Assembly (NCBI RefSeq): GCF_009914755.1
Contig: NC_060926.1
DNA length: 64,000 nucleotides
DNA from: the human T2T-CHM13v2.0 reference genome, Homo sapiens
Reading direction: 5' to 3' (one strand)
Position 1 is the first letter of the stretch; each line of letters begins with the position of its first letter. Position numbers and translations under genes: made by a program. This document shows positions 52,496 to 64,000 of the stretch, in pieces. The notes below the pieces were generated by a model, which did no database searches, was not told the DNA's origin, and saw only the letters and a program-made list of their open reading frames with translations.

Positions 52496-55400
52496 GAATA
52501 GACAATGTAAGTAAAAATGGAGCGTTAAAGGTTTTATAAAAAGCAACAAAAAATGGTAAAATTATAAAAAACCAACTTTTTCAGAACTTTGGAAATTAAA
52601 CAAATGTTTGCAGTAATCAAGGGTTACATATCCAAGTAGGAAAAAGCTTGAATCTTGCCACAACAAAACTTATAGATGTTACAGAATTACTTCAGTAAAG
52701 TCACTAAACAAACAACAATAATAAACAGCAATAATATACACAAAGGAGAGAGGGAATCTCATTTTCAGAGTTGCCACATTATATTATTTAAAATGTCCAG
52801 TTTTGACACAAAATTACAAAACATGCAAGGACACAGTAAACTATGGCCCACACACAGGAAAAAATGCAATTAATAGAAACTGTCCTTGAGAAAGCTTAGA
52901 CACTGGATTTACTGGACACAAATTTTGTCAATTATTTTAAATATACTCAAAGAATTAAAGAAACTAACATCTAAAATAATAAGGGAAAATATGAGAACGA
53001 TGTCTCATCCAAACAGAGAATATAAATAAAGAAAGAAGTTACCAGAAAAAAATGAATTTTGGATTTGAAAAGTAGAATAATGGAAATAAAAAATTCACTA
53101 GAGGGGCTCAATAGCAGACTTGAGCTAGCAGAAGTAAGAGTCAGTGAATGTAACAGAGGCCAATTGAGATTATTTAGTTTGAAAATCAGAAAGATAAAAG
53201 AATGGAGAGAAATTAAACAGAGCTTCAAAGACCTGCAAAATACCACAAAGTATACCAACTATGTACAATGTAAGTTCAAGAAAGTGAGGAGAAAGAGACA
53301 GGGGCAGAATGAGTATTTGAAAAATTTAGCCAAAAACTTCCCAGTTTTTAGAGGGAAGTTTCAAATTTTGGTTGTAAAACCTGTAAAAAAAAATGTAGAT
53401 TATGCTTTCATCATAATCTATATATCCAAGAAGCTCAATGAACCCCAAGTAGAAAGAACTCAAAGAGCTCCACATTGAGACATATCATATGCAAACTTTT
53501 GAAACTGGAAAACAGAGAGAATCTTTAAAGCAGCAAGAAAGAAGAAACTCATCTCCTACAAGGAATACTTAGTAGGATTCACAGCTAATTTCTCATTAAA
53601 AACAGTGGAGGCCAAACCAGTGGACTGACATACTGAAAGTACTGAAAGAAAAAGACTGTACACCGGAATTATGTATTTAGCAAAAGTCTCCTTCAGAATT
53701 GAAGGAGAAATGAAGACATTGCCAGATTAACAAAAACAAAGAACTCATTACTAACATACTTGCTATACTTGCCCTTGAAAAAATACTAAAGGGAATCCTT
53801 TAGGCAAAAAAACAAACAAACAAACAAACAAACAAAAAATTAGATAGTACAGATAGCAACTAGAATCAACATGAGGATATAAAGGGCACTGGCAAAAATA
53901 AACTGCACAGGCAAATATAAAAGATAATATTAATGTATTTTTTTTGCATAATTTTTCTAACTGATTTTATTTAAAAACTGGATAAGGTAATACTTAAATC
54001 TGCATTGATTGGTGCAAAAATATAAAGATGTAATTTGTATGACAATAACAGCAAAAAGAAGGAAGGAGAGTATAAAGCTATATACACTATACTATTGAAA
54101 TTAAGTTAGTATAAAATGAAACTATCTTATTATAAATGAAGATGATTACTATAATCCCCAGGGCCACCACTAAGAAAATATAATTTTAAATTTTAGTAAA
54201 ATAAACAAGAGAATTAAAATAATATAATAGAAAATATCTCCTTAACAAAAAAGTAGGCTGTAATGGAAGAATAAAGTAACAAAAAAAATGAGACATGTCA
54301 AAAGCAAATAGCAAAATGGCAGATACATATTCCAAATTGTTAGTAATTGTACTAAAGGTAAATAGATTACACATTCCAAACAAAAGGCGGAGATTGCAGG
54401 ATGGATTAAAAACCCAACATGATCTCTCTATATACTATCTATCTACAGAAGACAAACTTTATTTTATTTTTTTTTAATGGTGATTTAATTTTCTTTTTTT
54501 TTTAATATTATACTTTAAGTTTTAGGGTACATGTGCACAATGTGCAGGTTAGTTACATATGTATACATGTGCCATGCTGGTGTGCTGCACCCACTAACTC
54601 GTCATCTAGCATTAGGTATATCTCCCAATGCTATCCCTCCTCCCTCCCCCCACCCCACAACAGGCCCCAGAGTGTGATGTTCCCCTTCCTGTGTCCATGT
54701 GTTCTCATTGTTCAATTCCCACCTATGAGTGAGAATATGCGGTGTTTGGTTTTTTGTTCTTGCGATAGTTTACTGAGAATGATGATTTCCAATTTCATCC
54801 ATGTCCCTACAAAGGACATGAACTCATCATTTTTTATGGCTGCATAGTATTCCATGGTGTATATGTGCCACATTTTCTTAATCCAGTGTATCATTGGTGG
54901 ACATTTGGGTTGGTTCCAAGTCTTTGCTATTGTGAATAATGCCACAATAAACATATGTGTGCATGTGTCTTTATAGCAGCATGATTTATAGCCCTTTGGC
55001 TATATGCCCAGTAATGGGATGGCTGGGTCAAATGGTATTTCTAGTTCTAGATCCCTGAGGAATCGCCACACTGACTTCCACAATGGTTGAACTAGTTTAC
55101 ATTCCCACCAACAGTGTAAAAGTGTTCCTATTTCTCCACATCCTCTCCATCACCTGTTGTTCCCTGACTTTTTAATGATTGCCATTCTAACTGGTGTGAG
55201 ATGGTATCTCACTGTGGTTTTGATTTGCATTTCTCTGAGGGCCAGTGATGGTGAGCATTTTTTCATGTGTTTTTTGGCTGTATAAATGTCTTCTTTTGAG
55301 AAGTGTCTGTTCATGTCCTTCGCCCACTTTTTGATGGGGTTGTTTGTTTTTTTCTTGTAAATTTGTTTGAGTTCATTGTAGATTCTGGATATTAGCCCTT

Positions 55401-55499
55401 TGTCACATGAGTAGGTTGTGAAAATTTTCTCCCATTTTGTAGGTTGCCTGTTCACTCTGATGGTAGTTTCTTTTGCTGTGCAGAAGCTCTTTAGTTTAA

Positions 55500-57649
<2,150 letters not shown>

Positions 57650-57993
57650 CTACACACTGCTTTGAGTGCGTCCCAGAGATTCTGGTATGTTGTGTCTTTG
57701 TTCTCGTTGGTTTCAAAGAACATCTTTATTTCTGCCTTCATTTCGTTATGTACCCAGTAGTCATTCAGGAGCAGGTTGTTCAGTTTCCATGTAGTTGAGC
57801 GGTTTTGAGTGAGATTCTTAATCCTGAGTTCTAGTTTGAATGCACTGTGGTCTGAGAGATAGTTTGTTATAATTTCTGTTCTTTTACATTTGCTGAGGAG
57901 AGCTTTACTTCCAACTATGTGGTCAATTTTGGAATAGGTGTGGTGTGGTGCTGAAAAAAATGTATATTCTGTTGATTTGGGGTGGAGAGTTCT

Positions 57994-58536
57994 TTAGATG
58001 TCTATTAGGTCTGCTTGGTGCAGAGCTGAGTTCAATTCCTGGGTATCCTTGTTGACTTTCTGTCTCATTGATCTGTCTAATGTTGACAGTGGGGTGTTAA
58101 AGTCTCCCATTATTAATGTGTGGGAGTCTAAGTCTCTTTGTAGGTCACTGAGGACTTGCTTTATGAATCTGGGTGCTCCTGTAATGGGTGCATATATATT
58201 TAGGATAGTTAGCTCTTCTTGTGGAATTGATCCCTTTACCATTATGTAATGGCCTTCTTTGTCTCTTTTGATCTTTGTTGGTTTAAAGTCTGTTTTATCA
58301 GAGACTAGGATTGCAACCCCTGCCTTTTTTTGTTTTCCATTTGCTTGGTAGATCTTCCTCCATCCTTTTATTTTGAGCCTATGTGTGTCTCTGCACGTGA
58401 GATGGGTTTCCTGAATACAGCACACTGATGGGTCTTGACTCTTTATCCAGTTTGCCAGTCTGTGTCTTTTAATTGGAGCATTTAGTCCATTTACATTTAA
58501 AGTTAATATTGTTATGTGTGAATTTGATCCTGTCAT
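57994..58536 (-). pseudogene. L1 ORF2 endonuclease domain fragment (premature stop)
   Basis: MTGSNSHITILTLNVNGLNAPIKRHRLANWIKSQDPSVCCIQETHL...GDFNTPL; stops after 180 aa. Confidence 0.93.
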
Positions 58537-60809
58537 GATGATGTTAGCTGGTTATTTTGCTCATTAGTTGATGCACTTTCTTCCTAGTCTCGATGGTCTT
58601 TACATTTTGGCATGATTTTGCAGTGGCTGGTACCGGTTGTTCCTTTCCATGTTTTGCGCTTCCTTCAGGAGCTCTTTTAGGGCAGGCCTGGTGGTGACAA
58701 AATCTCTCAGCATTTGCTTGTCTGTAAAGTCTTTTATTTCTCCTTCACTTATGAAGCTTAGTTTGGCTGGATATGGAATTCTGGGTTGAAAATTCTTTTC
58801 TTTAAGAATGTTGAATATTGGCCCCCACTGTCTTCTGGCTTATAGAGTTTCTGCCGAGACATCTGCTGTTAGTCTGATGGGCATCCCTTTGAGGGTAACC
58901 CAACCTTTCTCTCGGCCGGGAGTACCTGGCCGTGTGAGCTGTCAGTCTGCCCCTGCTGGGAGGTGCTTCCCAGTTATGCTGCTCATGGGTCAGGGGTCAG
59001 GGACCCACTTGAGGAGGCAGTCTGCCCGTTCTCAGATCTCCAGCTGCGTGCTGGGAGAACCACTGCTCTCTTCAAAGCTGTCAGACAGGGACATTTAAGT
59101 CTGCAGAGGTTACTGCTGTCTTTTTGTTTGTCTGTGCCTTGCCCCCAGAGGTGGAGCCTACAGAGGCTGGCAGGCCTCCTTGAGCTGTGGTGGGCTCCAC
59201 CCAGTTCGAGCTTCCCGGCTGCTTTGTTTACCTAAGCAAGCCTGGGCAATGGCGGGCACCCCTCCCCCAGCCTCGCTGCCACCTTGCAGTTTGATCTCAG
59301 ACTGCTGTGCTAGCAATCAGCAAGACTCTGTGGGTGTAGGACCCTCCGAGCCATGTGCGGGATATAATCTCCTGGTGCGCCGTTTTTTAAGCCCGTTGGA
59401 AAAGCGCAGTATTTGGGTGAGAGTGACCCGAATTTCCAGTGCTGTCTGTCACCCCTTTCTTTGACTAGGAAAGGGAGCTCCCTGACCCCTTGCGCTTCCC
59501 AAGTGAGGCAATGCCTCGCCCTGCTTTGGCTCGCGCATGGTGCGCGCACCCACTGACCTGCGCCCACTGTCTGGCACTGCCTAGTGAGATGAACCCGGTA
59601 CCTCAGATGGAAATGCAGAAATCACCCGTCTTCTGCGTCACTCACGCTGGGAGCTGTAGACCGGAGCTTTTCCTATTAGGCCATCTTGGCTCCTCCCAGA
59701 AGACAACCTTTAGATCTGAAGATACAAATAGGTTGAAATAAAAGGATGGAAAAAATATGTTATGCAAACACTAACCAAAAGAAAGCTGGAATGGCAATGG
59801 TCACAACAGATTTCAAGCAAAAATTATTACTAGAGACAACATTTAAAATTATATCAGAAGCAATCTATCCAAAATATAATAATGATAAATATGTATGCAC
59901 CTAACAACAGAGCCCCAAAATACATGAAGGAAAAACTTACAGACTTGAGGGGAAAAATAGATAATTCAACAATAATAATAGCTGGATACTTCAATACCAC
60001 ACATTCATTGATAGATAAAACATCTAGGCAAAGGATCGACAAGGAAATAAAAGTCTTAAATGACTATAGTCTTAACAGACAACTATAGAACACTCCACTA
60101 AACAACAGCAAAATACACATTTTTCTCAAGTGTACATGGAGAATTCTCCAGGATAAACTACATCTTAGGTCATAAAACAAGCCTCAATAAATGGAAAGGA
60201 ATTTAGATAATACAAAGTGTGTTCTCCAACCATAATGAAAATTATAAATCAATAACAAAAGAAAATTCAGGAAATCCACATATAACTTGAAAATTAAATA
60301 GCACATTTCTAAGCAGCCAGTGGGTCAAAGTAGCTACAAGAGAAATTAGCAAATAGTTTGATATGCGTGAAAATGAAAAAAGCAGCCTATCAAAACTTAT
60401 GGAATGTAGCTAAAGCAATGCTTAAGGGAAATTTATAACATATATTAAATGTCTACATTAAAAAATAAGAATTTGAAATCAATAACAAACTTTCACTGGA
60501 ATTATAAGACACTGGAAAAAGAAAAGCAAATTAAACTTAAAGCAAACTGAAAGAAGAGAATAATCAAGATTAGGCAAAACCAGGGACATCTTTAATTATA
60601 TCTAAAATATCTGACACTTCTTTTGCCTCAAACTAAAGATTAGTCCTGGAATCCATTTAAAGAATGTAGACTCTTTGCCCATGTCTCTAGTGCTACCACT
60701 CCCACAAAAAATGTTAGTGCCCTTATTCACCAAGTAGTTAATGGATTGTCTGCTTTAGATAATATACTAAGCTGAGTTTTGATTTTAATCCTCAGAGAAT
60801 TCACATCTA

Positions 60810-61573
60810 ATTGGGTAATCAATCTGCAAACACTGGCAACATTGTGGACACCCTCCAGGAAGTGAGAATGCAGTTTCCTCTGTGATGGCAAGGACTTTAA
60901 GGGTGGGAGATGCTGCTGTTGTTAAACACTCTCTTGATGATCAGTCCAAAGGAGAAGAGCTGGGCAGTGTTCAGCATGTTCAGCAGTGTGGCTTCACTGG
61001 CTTCCAATTTGTCTCCAGTCCTCATCAGCTGTACATCACTGAGGATTCCAATAGTGACCCTGGAGATTTTAGTGGTGATGCCTAAAGCCTGGAAGAAAAA
61101 TGACTTCTTGGGACCCAGACTAGTGTTCTGGGCTGGTACAGTGACTTCAGGTGGAGCAATGGCACCTGCACAGATATCAGCTGGCACCTATTGGCCAGCA
61201 GTATGTCCCTAATCTCAGTGAAGACCTCCTTGGTGAACACAAAGCCCACATTCCCTCAGATATGAGGCAACAGTTTCTCCAGAGCTGAGTTGTTTTCTGG
61301 ATGGCCTCAGATGGTCTTGTGCATTATAGTGTTCTTGTCCATCAGCTCCACAGACTTCCCTCAGAAGTATATGTGGATCTGTATCTATTTGGAACCCACA
61401 ATGTCACTTCCACAATGAGGCATTTTGGTTAATCATCTAAAAGTTGGATGCTCTTAAGGAAGAGTTTGGACTTCCAGGTTGTCCTGTCTTCCTTGGATAT
61501 CATGGAGGCATATCAGGGATTGCCATGCAGGGTTTAAAGACAGTACCACTTTCATTAGGACACCTGGCAAGAG
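60810..61573 (-). pseudogene. RPLP0: Processed pseudogene of ribosomal protein lateral stalk P0 (RPLP0), 3'-truncated
   Basis: Intronless match from the 5'UTR (ctcttgccaggtgtcc...tctttaaaccctgcatggcaatccctga) through the CDS ([48 protein letters not shown]...EATLLNMLN). ATG mutated to ATA, with stops and frameshifts. The symbol names the parent gene. Confidence 0.93.
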
Positions 61574-63314
61574 TCTTGTTGGTCACATTTTAGCAAATCT
61601 AATACATAAATTTACTTCTTATTTTTTACTGTATAATAGGCACCGCTGTGAATAATCTGTGATTATTTACCTAATTACCAAGTGTTTCAGCGTCCTTGAC
61701 TCCATTTCTACATTTTAGCCACACTGTATAAAATCATCCCTGAGGAGCTCTTTTATTTTTAGATATAAAGATAATATAAATATAAGATAGCAAGTTATGT
61801 TTAAGATATTTGGGGTGGAATATATAAACAAAAATATCAACGTATATATCTTCTTTATTTCTTGAAAATATGTGGTACATGTGAAGATATGGAAAGCTAT
61901 GTGTGACAAGACAAACATAACAATAGGTGATCTATAGAAATGATTATCTTTACATTCTTCTGTACTTTTGTGCTTCAGTCATCCTCTAATGTCCAGAATC
62001 TCTAATGTCTTTACAAATAAATGAATACTATTTTCTCCAATTTTTCAAAGATATATAATTGAGATAACATGAAGTAGGGGAACAGGGTTGAAGCTAGACA
62101 GTAAGGCTTTGAAATAATTCAGAAGAGACCACACATACTGAACTGAATTTATTTGAGCCTGTTCTAACCTTTGGATCTTATCCCTCCCAGAGGAGATAAA
62201 GAAATCCATCCACCAGTGCGCACCGAAAACACTGAGTCTACTCTCCGATACACTGTTGTGTTAGGCATTATTTCCTGCTTGCAGTACACACAGCTAGAGC
62301 ATTCAATTCATATATGGTGAGCAGTGGCCAGACATTTCATGACTCTCAAAAATTTTTTCTTGTGGAATAATTTAAATGTTAAAATAACTTTAAATATTTT
62401 GCTTTTACTTGTTATGCATTCAGTGTTTAATTCAGAACTGTTGTCTATTATCTTTCCAGGCCTTTATATCTCATATCAAATCTCACAATAAACTTCTCAG
62501 TGATTTAAAATACTATTTAAATAAAAAGCTTTTCAAAAGGCCTTATTAGAAGCTGAATTGGGTATCTGAAGGAAGGTTTCCCCTCCTGAAGCCAAAGATG
62601 TCTATTTAACTGCTGTGGTACCTAGGCCAAGCATATTGACTGATTTACTGTCACAGATAATCCAGTGTTTGCCTAGAAGCCATTTCAGTTTAAGGGCATG
62701 TGGTTTGGCAGGCAGCATTGCTTGCAATAATGTAATAAAACAGAAAAAAAATCCATACCTGGTTGTGAAAGAAGAGAGTCTATTTTGCCAGAGGCAGGTG
62801 AAATGGGTCTGCGTGATTTAGTGGTAGGTCAGAGCATAGCCGTATGAAAAAATCCACCATTACTTTTATTTCTGAAAATGACCACATTCTTTAGAGTTCC
62901 TAAATCCTGTGCACTGTTTAGTAGTAGGAAGTAGGGGGAAGGTTACTAATTTTATTTGTCTTTTGAAGCCATTAGTTTATGATGGTGCTATTACATGGTT
63001 GCTCTGGTCAAAGTTCTTTTGGTGCAACAATCAGAATGTCATGTAAGCTTGCTCAACTCTCATAAAATCAGAGACCAGGGAAAGAGATAGAGGTAGGCTT
63101 CAGATAAGGTAGAACTGGGATAGAGAGTCCACTTCCTATCTCTAGGGATGCCAGCCTTCCTCTTTGCTGCTCCTTCCAGCAAATCAACTCCATTCTTCTC
63201 TTTCAACACACTGGCTTCCTCTGCTGGCCCAGAATCTCAAATCACTGCATTTTCTACTTTGTCCTTTTCTTTATCATAGCTTTTATGTCACAAGTTTCAC
63301 TGCTAAGGAACTGA

Positions 63315-63707
<393 letters not shown>

Positions 63708-63778
63708 GAATTCATCTAAGTTTTGATCAAAGTTTTTGCACAAATCAGACAAGAGAGAGAAATAAAGGGCATCCAATA

Positions 63779-64000
63779 GGCCAGGTGCGGTGGCTCATGC
63801 CTGTCAGAAATTTGGAAAGCCGAGGTCAGCGGATCACTTGAGGTCGGGAGTTCGAGACCAGCCTGACCAACATAGTGAAACTCCATCCCTGCTAAAAATA
63901 CAAAAATTAGCTGGGCATGGTGGCGCATGCCTATAATCCCAGCTACTCAGGAGGCTAAGGCAGGAGAGTTGCTTGAATCCAGTAGGCAGAGGTTGCAGTG
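63779..64000 (+). mobile_element. Alu (AluS-type), runs off the window; preceded by a short L1 ORF2-like fragment
   Basis: ggccaggtgcggtggctcatgcctgt...gaggttgcagtg. Upstream 'aatcagacaagagagagaaataaagggcatccaa' is L1 ORF2 text. Confidence 0.93.

Noticed and set aside
60897-61187. Functional RPLP0 paralog
   Set aside because: The start codon is mutated, there is an early in-frame stop (GAT GAT TAA), there are frameshifts, and the C-terminus is missing.

Overview
Repeat-rich, AT-rich primate genomic DNA. Alu, LTR7/HERV-H and an L1PA3-type LINE point to human or another great ape. I find no intact host protein-coding gene, and no rRNA, tRNA or CRISPR feature. Every ORF I can assign comes from a transposable element or a pseudogene. 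Main contents: (1) a complete env-deleted HERV-H provirus on the minus strand (3204-8966) with two 414-bp LTR7s, a tRNA-His PBS and a 5-bp TSD; (2) an ERV-L integrase/dUTPase remnant with an MLT2 LTR; (3) several L1s, including a TSD-flanked L1PA3-like copy with most of ORF1 deleted, nested in an old L1M; (4) a 3'-truncated RPLP0 processed pseudogene; (5) about ten Alus plus MIR, L2, MER and MaLR fossils; (6) an ancient palindromic element resembling Eulor5 at ~33.9 kb. The sequence does not support a new biological system. The best leads are the possibly pluripotency-active LTR7 provirus, the Eulor5-like hairpin element, two deletion junctions with templated fold-back insertions, and several atypical retrotransposition scars. 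Subfamily names come from my recollection of consensus sequences, not from a database search. Boundaries of old elements are approximate.
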